A model generated the notes under the pieces. The model was not told the DNA's origin, made no database searches, and worked only from the letters and a program-made list of their open reading frames with translations. A program made the translations under genes and the position numbers. A stretch of 45,107 bases of DNA from a virus (taxonomy: Duplodnaviria > Caudoviricetes): positions 1 through 45,107 of the IMG/VR virus record IMGVR_UViG_3300030376_006335. The stretch is one strand, 5' to 3'. Positions 19,551 to 28,669 of this stretch are shown here, piece after piece; the stretch's first letter is position 1, and every line of letters starts with the position of its first letter.

Positions 19551-19576
19551 TTATATGCATTAATTTAAAATAGTTT
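19551..19576 (-). promoter_or_regulatory. AAAC-N17-TATAA promoter
   Basis: AAAC TATTTTAAATTAATGCA TATAAAAATAAA. Confidence 0.7.
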
Positions 19577-20838
19577 TAAAAAGTACTACTAACTTTATAC
19601 TTCTTTTTAGGCTTAGCTCCTAGTTCTTCGGCCGTTAAGATTTTTTGATTTGTATTGTCTTGTCTCATAAAAGTGTAGTTGGTCATTTTAGCTTCACCTC
19701 TACAAAATTTCTTAACCTCATCGGCTACATCTTGTGCAGTTCTAACAGGAACATTTTGAGCAATATGATTTACTTGGCCTGAATGTTCTATACCAAAATC
19801 TAAAGGCAATCCCATTAAATGTAACATCTCTCTAATGTTTAAATACCTGTCCTCTATAGGATGAACACCATTAAACATATTTCTACCAATAAGAGCCGAG
19901 AAGCTTTCATTAAAGAAGTGTGGTGAAGCATCCCAATATCCTAACCCTTGGCTTGTTTTATATTGTATATGTTCTAACATATCAATAAATGTCTTTGTAG
20001 ATTTTTTATTAGAAAAGCCTTCATTAGGATAATGTTTATCTAACCAAGTAATACATTCATCAATGAGTTCATGTTTTTCTAGATATTGTGCTATTGTACC
20101 TTTCTTAAATTTAGCAGCAAACTCTTTATGAGTTAATCCTTCTTTCTCTAAGACAAATTCATAAGGCCTGTAATGTTCTGTAACTTTACCACTAACCATA
20201 AACATATCTTGGTGGTTAGCATCTTTTGGAATTTCATTAAGATAATCAATAAGGTTTTTCTTTTCCCTAAATTTCCAACTTAAAAAAGGAACTGTTGGAG
20301 TATTCCAAAAGAAATAAAATGTTCTCATTCTTCTTTGTGGAATTCCATGTAATTCAGTATTTGTTTTAAATAAAGAAAAACTATATCCATACTTACGACC
20401 TATTTCTTTTAATCTTTCAACTACACCTTCTCCCATTTTTGTAAATAGACCTGGTGCATTTTCTCCCCAAAGGACTTTAGGTTTTACATTTTCTAAAATA
20501 TATTCAGATGAGTTATACATCCAATCATTTTGTGTAGCACTTGAACCTCGAGATGCTTCTGTCCCTCTAGCAGAATTAAGTTGAGATAAACCTGCACAAG
20601 GACATACTGAATTTACATAATCAACTTCATTAAATGTTTGATTAGGAATTTCTAAATCTTCATGGTCCAATCTATACATTGGAACTTCTGGCCAATATTT
20701 TTCAATATGGCTTTCATTTGCCGAAAAGGCATCATAGCTTAGATGAAATGCCGGTTCGTTACCTGCTGAGTTTTTACACCCAATGGCACTACCTCCAATA
20801 AGAGGAATAATAGTACCCCATTTTAATTCTTTTTTCAT
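19576..20838 (-). CDS. C5-cytosine DNA methyltransferase-like protein with non-canonical motif I
   Basis: Catalytic PC (VCPCAGLS), motif VI ENAP, motif VIII PQRRMRTF, IX/X REMLHLMGLP...AQNVP; motif I is IPLIGG rather than FxGxGG. Confidence 0.82.
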   Translation of the reverse strand: MKKELKWGTIIPLIGGSAIGCKNSAGNEPAFHLSYDAFSANESHIEKYWPEVPMYRLDHEDLEIPNQTFNEVDYVNSVCPCAGLSQLNSARGTEASRGSSATQNDWMYNSSEYILENVKPKVLWGENAPGLFTKMGEGVVERLKEIGRKYGYSFSLFKTNTELHGIPQRRMRTFYFFWNTPTVPFLSWKFREKKNLIDYLNEIPKDANHQDMFMVSGKVTEHYRPYEFVLEKEGLTHKEFAAKFKKGTIAQYLEKHELIDECITWLDKHYPNEGFSNKKSTKTFIDMLEHIQYKTSQGLGYWDASPHFFNESFSALIGRNMFNGVHPIEDRYLNIREMLHLMGLPLDFGIEHSGQVNHIAQNVPVRTAQDVADEVKKFCRGEAKMTNYTFMRQDNTNQKILTAEELGAKPKKKYKVSSTF

Positions 20839-21506
20839 ATTTTATTTTTGTTAGTTTTAAAAACTCCATAATAGCACGCTCCTCCATTTCCAATCTTATT
20901 CTTTATTACTGGTAAATCACCTTCAAATACAGAAGAATATTCTTCATAATGAATAGTACCTACATTACCTTTACCTCCTAACCACTTATTAAGTTTTTCT
21001 TCTTTAAGTTCGTGAGGATGTCCTTCATGAGCTGGTATATCAATCCATTCAAATATTCTAATTACTGGTGCTGCTTTTTTGGCATTATTAATTATTTTTT
21101 TAGGATCAATAACATGCTGTAGACAATTATAAATCCAAACTTCATCATAACCAGTTTCATTTATCTTTTCACCTGGTTTTTGTTTATATTTGATATTGTT
21201 AGCTTCATAACGATCTAGAGTCCATTGTGGATATTTTATAGGATCTACAACAGTAGAACCTCCATGATCATGGCATTTGAGTAATAATGAAACGGGGCCG
21301 CCGCCAATATCTAATATTTTCTTTCCTTTTACTGAAAAAGAATATGGAGAATATTTAGGAATTTCCATTAACTTTGCATAAAAGAATTGTTTCACTTCTT
21401 CATCCATAGAATTACAACAATTACCCCAATAATCAGATTCAAATTCATACATTGGATTATCTTCAATGTATTCTCCGCTTATTATATACTTTCCTAATTT
21501 CGCCAT
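20835..21506 (-). CDS. Class I SAM-dependent methyltransferase
   Basis: ILDIGGGP motif I, VVDP, NCLQHVIDP. Confidence 0.8.
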   Translation of the reverse strand: MAKLGKYIISGEYIEDNPMYEFESDYWGNCCNSMDEEVKQFFYAKLMEIPKYSPYSFSVKGKKILDIGGGPVSLLLKCHDHGGSTVVDPIKYPQWTLDRYEANNIKYKQKPGEKINETGYDEVWIYNCLQHVIDPKKIINNAKKAAPVIRIFEWIDIPAHEGHPHELKEEKLNKWLGGKGNVGTIHYEEYSSVFEGDLPVIKNKIGNGGACYYGVFKTNKNKI

Positions 21507-21507
21507 T

Positions 21508-22530
21508 TTAAATTTTTACCTTCTCGATCTCTAAATCTTCCATAAAAGTTAAAGGATCAATTGTACCTTCTTTAATCTCTTCTTCAAGATAAACAATAGT
21601 TTCTTTTATAGTATCTTTAATATCCTTTTTAGGTTCCCATCCCATTGATTTAGCCTTAGAGATATCACCACGGATATTTAAAGCTTCACCTGCAATAGGA
21701 TCATAATGATCAAATGGTACTTCACCAACACCCATAATATCACCAATCATATTTTTAAGATCCATTAGGTTAGTCATTTCACCTGTTCCTAAATTAAATG
21801 TTTGGTTTGCAGTATCTTCATTTTCCATACAAAGAATGTGAAAGGCATTAACATCTGATACATCAATATAATCTCTTGCTTTCATATAATCACCAAATAC
21901 GATAGGATTATGCCCACCTTTAATTCTTAAAATAAATCCTGCAAATACTGGAGGAATAGTTCTATTATAATCTTGTAAAGGTCCTGCAACATTAAAGTAT
22001 CTTAACGCAGTGTAGTTTAAACCTTTTGTTCTATGATATGATTCTGCTAATAAGGCAAGGCACGCTTTAGTAGTAGAATAAATTGTGGTAGGATCTGATT
22101 GAGTTTCATTAAAGCCTGCATCTGGCATTTCACAGTTTTCATATACAGCGGAAGTTTCACTAAAGATGATTCTTTTTACATCAGCCTTTAAACATCCATT
22201 CATTACATTAATACTTCCTAAAATATTATTATCTACTGCTTCATATGGATCTTCATTACAATCATATATGGAAACTAAGCCAGCAAAATGATATACATAA
22301 TCAGGTTTAAATTCTTCTATAATATTTTCTACATATTGATTTCTAATATCAACTTTATGGAAGTTTTCAATTTGATCATGTACTTTAGGAATATAAGTTC
22401 CATGTTCCATATTATCAATAACAGCAATACATTTAGGATTATGACCTCTGTTTAAAAGATCATTGATAAAATTGGTACCTACAAACCCGGCACCACCGGT
22501 TATTAAAATTCTAGTGTCTTTATTATACAT
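21508..22530 (-). CDS. NAD-dependent NDP-sugar epimerase/dehydratase (GalE-like extended SDR)
   Basis: ITGGAGFVG, HFAG, YSTTK (YxxxK), LRYFNVAGP, RDYIDVSD. Confidence 0.9.
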   Translation of the reverse strand: MYNKDTRILITGGAGFVGTNFINDLLNRGHNPKCIAVIDNMEHGTYIPKVHDQIENFHKVDIRNQYVENIIEEFKPDYVYHFAGLVSIYDCNEDPYEAVDNNILGSINVMNGCLKADVKRIIFSETSAVYENCEMPDAGFNETQSDPTTIYSTTKACLALLAESYHRTKGLNYTALRYFNVAGPLQDYNRTIPPVFAGFILRIKGGHNPIVFGDYMKARDYIDVSDVNAFHILCMENEDTANQTFNLGTGEMTNLMDLKNMIGDIMGVGEVPFDHYDPIAGEALNIRGDISKAKSMGWEPKKDIKDTIKETIVYLEEEIKEGTIDPLTFMEDLEIEKVKI

Positions 22531-23785
22531 TGATTTCAGTTTTATTAGTTACTCTTTCATAAGCTTCCCAGATCTTATTATCTACATGTTCTCCAGTATA
22601 ATAAGAATCTTTTAAATACTTTTCTTGTAAATTATAGAAAAGTTTTTTATAATGTTCAGGATTATCATTTAAAAATTGTACCTTCTTTTTCAAATCTTCT
22701 GGAGATTTACATCTAATGAAATGACCATCAGGGAAGACATTAAAGTCAGTATCATAAGATGGATGCAAGAATGGTATAATACCATAATGTAGCATTTCCG
22801 CATACTTAGAGGTTACCATTCCTTCTTTAATAGGTACACAGAATGTATATTTAGTTGCAAGCAGTTCATCAGTCATTGTTTCAATTCTCTTTTCACCTTT
22901 AAACCATTTAGGATATTCTTTCTTTAAGTCATCATCCCACTTACCATAAATATCAGTTTCAATATCATTCTTTACAATATAATCTCTTACAGGATCCCAG
23001 CGGTCCATTCCACCTGAACCCTTTCCTTGATTTTGTAACATCATAAATGAATTAGTCTTTTTCATTTCAAATAATTCATCAGTGTCATATCTCTTTTTAT
23101 CTAAAAGGAATACAGTTTCAATTCCTGAATATTCATAAGTAGATTCAATTGTATCAATATCTCTTAATGGCGGATTACAAAAGAACTCTTCTGTTTTTGT
23201 AAATGTATTTTGTGCTAAGTAATATGTTGGCCTATTATTATCATTCCAATCTTTACATGCTAAAATGTATCGGTTATCAACAAGTAAACCTACAATAGGA
23301 ACTTTCTTTTCCAATTCATTCATTGCTTTAATTATTGGAGCAGCATAATACTTAAAAAAGTCTAAAGATTTAACTCTCCCAGTTCCATCTACTTTATTAA
23401 TATAATCTGGTATATTAACTGTACTTGATGGCCCGGTATAGAAAAAGATAAAATCTAAATCTAAATCTTTTATAATTTGAGCCGCTTCATCAGATGATTT
23501 CCTATCGGCCATCGTAGAGTGGAATTCTTTTACATTTGATGGTGCAGCAGATTCCGTTTCAACAGGAGGGCCAAATAAAGATTGAACAGCTGGTTTTTCT
23601 TTTGCTCTAACTCTACCTAAATCATTTGGACTTAATAACCAATATTCAATATTAGGGTTTCTTTTTGCAATTGAATTAATTAATTGCTTAGGTTCACAAT
23701 CTCCACCTATTGCTCCCCAACTGTTTTCATTAAACTTAATCGCTTTACCAAGTTTAAAGAAACCTACTTTTTTTACATTTTCCAT
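22523..23785 (-). CDS. DNA beta-glucosyltransferase-like (T4 BGT-type GT-B) glycosyltransferase
   Basis: C-terminal VTSKYAEMLHYGIIPFLHPSYDTDFNVF...IRCKSPEDLKKKVQFLNDNPEHYKKL aligns by eye with the recalled T4 BGT segment ITLRVWETMASDAVMLIDEEFDTKHRII...YVNNRAELIDRVNELK. Confidence 0.65.
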   Translation of the reverse strand: MENVKKVGFFKLGKAIKFNENSWGAIGGDCEPKQLINSIAKRNPNIEYWLLSPNDLGRVRAKEKPAVQSLFGPPVETESAAPSNVKEFHSTMADRKSSDEAAQIIKDLDLDFIFFYTGPSSTVNIPDYINKVDGTGRVKSLDFFKYYAAPIIKAMNELEKKVPIVGLLVDNRYILACKDWNDNNRPTYYLAQNTFTKTEEFFCNPPLRDIDTIESTYEYSGIETVFLLDKKRYDTDELFEMKKTNSFMMLQNQGKGSGGMDRWDPVRDYIVKNDIETDIYGKWDDDLKKEYPKWFKGEKRIETMTDELLATKYTFCVPIKEGMVTSKYAEMLHYGIIPFLHPSYDTDFNVFPDGHFIRCKSPEDLKKKVQFLNDNPEHYKKLFYNLQEKYLKDSYYTGEHVDNKIWEAYERVTNKTEINV

Positions 23786-23786
23786 T

Positions 23787-24491
23787 TTAACAATTTTGAA
23801 TTAAATCTTCTATTACTTCTTTATCATTTTCATATGTTAAATCATACCAACATATGTTCAGTTCTTCGAACTTTAAATTATTCATTGAATTAATCAAATG
23901 AGTAATTTCATATTCATTTCTATTTGACATTTTAATACTATCGAGATTATCAAATGCATCTTTAGAGAATATCATATAACCACAGAAGTATCTACCTGAA
24001 ACAATTCCATGTGGTTTTTCAATAACAACATTTTCTAATATAGATGCAAGTTGTAAATTTCTTGCTCTTGTATCATAATCTTTATATGTTACAACTGTAC
24101 TACTAGGATCATGATATTCTAATCCTATATTTCCTTGATAATAATTATCTCCAAATAAACATAAGAATGCTTCATTAAATTTATCTGCCCATACCTTTAT
24201 AGCTGCACCTGGACCATATTCATCATCCTTTTGAAATTCATAAAATATATTAATATCTTTTTTATACTTACTTAACTTTTCAATAATAGGATGAGAAAGT
24301 TTTACATTATCTTTAAAAAAGAAATCTGCTTTACTGATTGTAATATAACAATCTTCTATTCCATTCTCCATACAAAATTCAACACAATATTCAACTGTGG
24401 ATTTTCCTAGTATAGGATCTACTAATTTATTTTTACCATACCTAGTAGAACGGCCGGCCGCTAATATAATTGCTTTACTTACTCTTTTCAT
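23787..24491 (-). CDS. Sugar-phosphate nucleotidyltransferase
   Basis: AIILAAGRSTRYG..K, FGDN, VIEKP, RNEYEIT, WYD (RmlA/MurU-like). Confidence 0.9.
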   Translation of the reverse strand: MKRVSKAIILAAGRSTRYGKNKLVDPILGKSTVEYCVEFCMENGIEDCYITISKADFFFKDNVKLSHPIIEKLSKYKKDINIFYEFQKDDEYGPGAAIKVWADKFNEAFLCLFGDNYYQGNIGLEYHDPSSTVVTYKDYDTRARNLQLASILENVVIEKPHGIVSGRYFCGYMIFSKDAFDNLDSIKMSNRNEYEITHLINSMNNLKFEELNICWYDLTYENDKEVIEDLIQNC

Positions 24492-25234
24492 TTAGTATAC
24501 TTTATTTCTAATTCATCAAATAACTCATGTCCTTTTTTAAGGAAAGATCCTGCTAATTCATATCTTTCATTTAATTCAAAGAAAGGAACTGCTCCTAATA
24601 AATGTACAGCTAAAAAGAACTTAAGTTGATATTCATCACACCATTCATACATTACCTTTTCAGCTTCTTTACAAAACTTACTGTATTTTTTATTTGGATT
24701 ATTGTATATATGGGACTCATATTCCATAACAAATGATTGCATAAGTTTTCCATAATCATAATAGTCCTGCTCTTCAGTACCTCTTGGATCTATAAAAAGA
24801 AAATCATTATCATGTAGAATGTTACTTACAGTTAAATCTCCATGTACAAAACCCCAACAAGATACAGCATCAAATTTGCCTTCATAAGTATAACCTGTTC
24901 TTAATTGAAGTTTATCAAAATAATCTTGAGTCTTTACATCAGATCCTATATTATCAAACTTACCTATAATTGAAATAAGATGTTCTAATTGATTTACTGA
25001 CTGAGTAATAGGTTGAGTTAAAATTTTATCATACCATGTTGGAAACCTTTCCATTTCATAACTCGTTTCCGATAGAGGCTTGACATCAATAAAATTAGGA
25101 TGATCACAGCACATAAGAAAGTCCATTTGCTGTTTGAATTTTTCTGGATAATGCCCAGCCTCTTTAATTACTTTATTACCTTGGAGAAAAACTTTATCTC
25201 CACTATTGCCTATTAAAATTTTACTATTATGCAT
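24488..25234 (-). CDS. APH/choline-kinase-fold phosphotransferase (putative sugar kinase)
   Basis: GNSG loop, HGDLTVSNIL Brenner motif, FIDPRG, YDYGKL. Confidence 0.8.
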   Translation of the reverse strand: MHNSKILIGNSGDKVFLQGNKVIKEAGHYPEKFKQQMDFLMCCDHPNFIDVKPLSETSYEMERFPTWYDKILTQPITQSVNQLEHLISIIGKFDNIGSDVKTQDYFDKLQLRTGYTYEGKFDAVSCWGFVHGDLTVSNILHDNDFLFIDPRGTEEQDYYDYGKLMQSFVMEYESHIYNNPNKKYSKFCKEAEKVMYEWCDEYQLKFFLAVHLLGAVPFFELNERYELAGSFLKKGHELFDELEIKYTK

Positions 25235-25764
25235 TTAATTCCTAGTTTACGTGCGAAGGTTGAATCTACATCTGAATCTCCGACCATTAAAAAATCTTCT
25301 TCTTTATATTGTGGGTACTTATTAAATACCAAATGACCCATATCAGGATGAGGTTTTTTATTTGGTACATCATCTCTTGTATATATGTGATCAAATAAAT
25401 TAGGATCAATCTGATGATAGTTCATAATTCTATCTACATTTTCTCTAGATGAATTTGATGCTATTACAAGGTTCTTAAACATTTTACTTTTACATACATA
25501 CAATAGAAGTTCGTTTATTTTTGTTTTATGTAAATTTTTAGAAAAGATTTGTTTCTTATATTTTTGAGCTAACTTAGATTCTCTATCAGTTAATTGATAT
25601 TTTTCTAACAGAACATCCATTCCATAATTAATATCAGCTAAGATAGTTTCTAATGGTATTTCTATTTTTAATACTTTTTCCAATGCCTTTCTCCATGAAT
25701 CAGCATGTATCTCAATAGTTTTAACTAGAGTATCATCAAAGTCTATTATCAAACATTTCTCCAT
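25213..25764 (-). CDS. HAD-family phosphatase
   Basis: DFDDTL motif I, ASNS, KKPHPD, VGDSDVD. Confidence 0.9.
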   Translation of the reverse strand: MEKCLIIDFDDTLVKTIEIHADSWRKALEKVLKIEIPLETILADINYGMDVLLEKYQLTDRESKLAQKYKKQIFSKNLHKTKINELLLYVCKSKMFKNLVIASNSSRENVDRIMNYHQIDPNLFDHIYTRDDVPNKKPHPDMGHLVFNKYPQYKEEDFLMVGDSDVDSTFARKLGIKCIIVKF

Positions 25765-25782
25765 AAAAATCCTAATTTATTA

Positions 25783-25808
25783 TTATATGGACAAATTGAC
25801 AAATGTTT
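25783..25808 (-). promoter_or_regulatory. AAAC-N17-TATAA promoter heading the HAD...MTase operon
   Basis: AAAC ATTTGTCAATTTGTCCA TATAATAATAAA. Confidence 0.7.
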
Positions 25809-25835
25809 TAAGAGTGCTAGAGTTATTTTTAAGAC

Positions 25836-25864
25836 AAAAAAAGACCGCCTATCGGCAGTCTTTT
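25836..25864 (-). terminator. Rho-independent terminator
   Basis: AAAAGACTGCC-GATA-GGCGGTCTTTTTTT on the minus strand. Confidence 0.85.
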
Positions 25865-25885
25865 CGCATAAAGTATAATTTATAT

Positions 25886-26062
25886 CTACAGACTATTCTT
25901 AGTCTCTTGTACATGTATTCTTAATTCTTGTGCAAGGTTCTTAATTTCTTGCATAGATTTACGAATTCTAACAGCAGCAGCTTTATTTCCTTTTACATAA
26001 AACTTATCTACGTCTTCAGCACATGCTTCGATTAACGATTTAATTTCTTCAAATTTTTCCAT
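25886..26062 (-). CDS. Histone H1-like Hc1-family protein (Bacteroidota type), 58 aa
   Basis: Below the ORF-track cut-off: MEKFEEIKSLIEACAEDVDKFYVKGNKAAAVRIRKSMQEIKNLAQELRIHVQETKNSL, with the KF..KGNKAA..R.RK motif; own upstream AATATATA motif and downstream terminator. Confidence 0.85.
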   Translation of the reverse strand: MEKFEEIKSLIEACAEDVDKFYVKGNKAAAVRIRKSMQEIKNLAQELRIHVQETKNSL

Positions 26063-26100
26063 AATAATTATTTTTAGTTATTTAATCTATATATTCATCA

Positions 26101-27009
26101 CTAGAACTTGCCTTCACGATTTCTATAAAAGCTCGTTACTTTAGGAATGTACATATAATTCTTCTTTTTGTCACGCACGTTTTGCATAACTCTTTTAAAC
26201 ATATCCCAATCTGCAGGTAAAATTCCGCCGGAGCCTGATGGCGCACCTTTTAGTTTAGGAGCTGTGTTTCTTTGTTGGTCTGGATTTCTATATCTCAGTT
26301 TACCTGTTATACTAGGTCTCCAAGATACAGCTGAATGAGAAGTATCATTAGCACCATAACCTTTATTGTTAGGTTTCATTTCATAATCTTTTTGCGGTTG
26401 CATAAATACTTTCTTAGCAGTATTATGAGCCGTTACTTTCTTTTTACTTCTTGTAAAAACAAAACCTAGTTCAGGATATTGTGAATATGCTTTTGCTATC
26501 GTCTCTAAATGATTAGGAGACCATTTATCGTCATGATCTAATCTAATGATATAATCACAACCATCTTTATCCGCCATATCAAGAGCATCATTTAAAGCAC
26601 CACATCCTGCAGTAAATCTAATTTGTTTGGTAGTCCACTTTTTATTATTTCTTTCGCCTGGTGTGGATCTATTCTTATATTGAATTTGAGAATCAGGTAT
26701 AATATCCTTCATTACATCTTTAATCTCATTTTCATCACCTTCGTATTTATCTGCTACTAAATATATTTTCCAATTTTTATATTTTTGATTCTTTACAGAA
26801 TTTAAAGCATCGGCTAAAACACCTGGAGTAGTCATATGTTTTGCTCTTGACTTATTAGCAGCACCTGCATTCATATCATGCGTAGCCATTACAATACCAA
26901 ATTTAATATTGTTGTCTATCTTAGGGCCTAAATTCTTTTCTAAGAGAATCTCAAACTTTTCTTCTCCTATATAAGACTCTAATAAATTATATTCTTCAAA
27001 GGTTATCAT
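26101..27009 (-). CDS. GT2-family (GT-A) glycosyltransferase with capsid-targeting-like N-terminus
   Basis: ALNSVKNQKYKNWKIYLVAD, ALN, RLDHDDKW, ADWD; N-terminus MITFEEYNLLES. Confidence 0.82.
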   Translation of the reverse strand: MITFEEYNLLESYIGEEKFEILLEKNLGPKIDNNIKFGIVMATHDMNAGAANKSRAKHMTTPGVLADALNSVKNQKYKNWKIYLVADKYEGDENEIKDVMKDIIPDSQIQYKNRSTPGERNNKKWTTKQIRFTAGCGALNDALDMADKDGCDYIIRLDHDDKWSPNHLETIAKAYSQYPELGFVFTRSKKKVTAHNTAKKVFMQPQKDYEMKPNNKGYGANDTSHSAVSWRPSITGKLRYRNPDQQRNTAPKLKGAPSGSGGILPADWDMFKRVMQNVRDKKKNYMYIPKVTSFYRNREGKF

Positions 27010-28121
27010 TTATTAAAAAATGTTTTTATAGACTTTATTATTCTTTTCATATCTTTATTTGTAAGATCTGAACCTGATGGTAAACAAATACCTTGTAAGA
27101 ATAATAAAGAACTGTTTCCATTTATATATTTTTTATAACCTTGCATAACTGGCTGTTCGTGCATTGGCTTCCATATTCTCCTAGCTTCAATATTATCTTT
27201 TTCCAAATGAGCAATTAAATCCTCTGGTTTATCTTCACCTTTCATTAATGCACAAGTTAACCACATATTAGACCTATCGGTTTCTCTTTCTTCTTGAAAT
27301 GAATAAAAAAGATGGCCTACTTCTTTTCTGTAAATTTCATTTATTTCTCTAGTTCTTTTTATTCTATCTTCTATAACTTCCATTTGAGCTACACCGATTG
27401 CTGCAAGAACATTACTCATTCTATAATTATATCCAATTTCTGTGTGATGATAATAAGGTCTTTTATCTTTAGCCTGAGTAGATAAAAATCTCATATATTC
27501 AGCTTTCTTATTATCATTTGTTACAATTACCCCACCACCGGAAGTAGATAGTAACTTATTTCCATTAAAAGAATAAACACCAATAGGGCCAAAGGTTCCT
27601 GTGTGCTTATCATTAAAAGTAGATCCCAAACTTTCAGCGGCATCTTCAATAATAGGTATGTCATATTCATCTGATAATTTTTTAATTGCATCCATATTAC
27701 AAGGTACCCCGAAAATATGAACAGGTATAATAGCTTTTGGTTTTTTACCTAATGCAGTAGAATTGAGAATTGCTTTTTCTAATAAAATAGGATCCATATT
27801 CCATGACCCTTCTTCAGAATCAATAAAAATAGGTTCAGCACCACAATAAATTATAGGATTAACTGTAGCTGCAAAAGTTAATGAAGAACATAAAACATAA
27901 TCATCCTTTTTTACTTTTAATGCTTTTAATGCTAAATGTATACCAGCTGTACATGAGGTTACAGCAACAGCATGCTTTGCACCAGTATATTCTTTAACTC
28001 TTTCTTCAAATAAATTAAGATGAGGACCAATAGGGGCTATCCAATTATCCTTAAATACATCTTTAATATATTCCAATTCTTTGCCTGACATATGAGGCGG
28101 TGATAAGTAAATCTTTTTCAT
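27006..28121 (-). CDS. pglE: DegT/DnrJ-family sugar aminotransferase (PglE-like)
   Basis: IYLSPPHM, IEDAAESLG, SFNGNKLLSTSGGG, GYNYRMSNVLAAIG, CLPSG. Confidence 0.88.
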   Translation of the reverse strand: MKKIYLSPPHMSGKELEYIKDVFKDNWIAPIGPHLNLFEERVKEYTGAKHAVAVTSCTAGIHLALKALKVKKDDYVLCSSLTFAATVNPIIYCGAEPIFIDSEEGSWNMDPILLEKAILNSTALGKKPKAIIPVHIFGVPCNMDAIKKLSDEYDIPIIEDAAESLGSTFNDKHTGTFGPIGVYSFNGNKLLSTSGGGVIVTNDNKKAEYMRFLSTQAKDKRPYYHHTEIGYNYRMSNVLAAIGVAQMEVIEDRIKRTREINEIYRKEVGHLFYSFQEERETDRSNMWLTCALMKGEDKPEDLIAHLEKDNIEARRIWKPMHEQPVMQGYKKYINGNSSLLFLQGICLPSGSDLTNKDMKRIIKSIKTFFNK

Positions 28122-28669
28122 AATATTATTTTAGCAGGATTACCGTATGCAGTAACATTATCAGGTATATTTTTAGTTACGACTGCACCAGCTCCAATCA
28201 TACAATTTTTACCAATTTTAATATGAGGTATTATTACAGCTCCAGCTCCAATAAATGTTCCTTCACCAATTTCTACACCGCCGCATAATGTTGCATTTGG
28301 CCCAACAAAACTAAAATCTCCTAATATACAATCATGATCTATGGAGGCTGCTGTATTTACAATACAATGCTTACCAATTTTTGTATCTGCTTGAATTATT
28401 GAACCATGTAATATTTGTGACCCTTCACCTATAGTACTATTACCATTAATTATAGCTGACTCATGTATAATTATTGCAAAACGATCCTTACCTATAATTT
28501 TAGATATTCTTTTTCTAGCTTCATTACTACCAATAGCAATAGTCCAATTACCTTTTATGTTATTGTTATAACTTTCATCATCCCAAAACTTTATTTTTTC
28601 TGGGTGAGTATTTGCCAATGCAGATTTAACTACTTTTGCATGGCCACCTTTTCCATAAATATTAATCAT
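28118..28669 (-). CDS. pglD: Sugar N-acetyltransferase (PglD/NeuD-like, left-handed beta helix); probable start at 28669
   Basis: IYGKGGHAKVV, IAIGSNEAR, VNTAASIDHDC, hexapeptide repeats, GNPAK. Confidence 0.88.
   Translation of the reverse strand: MINIYGKGGHAKVVKSALANTHPEKIKFWDDESYNNNIKGNWTIAIGSNEARKRISKIIGKDRFAIIIHESAIINGNSTIGEGSQILHGSIIQADTKIGKHCIVNTAASIDHDCILGDFSFVGPNATLCGGVEIGEGTFIGAGAVIIPHIKIGKNCMIGAGAVVTKNIPDNVTAYGNPAKIIL

Noticed and set aside
20835-21506. CmoA-type carboxy-SAM synthase
   Set aside because: Motif I is DIGGGP rather than the DLGCSxG typical of CmoA; treated as a generic class I methyltransferase
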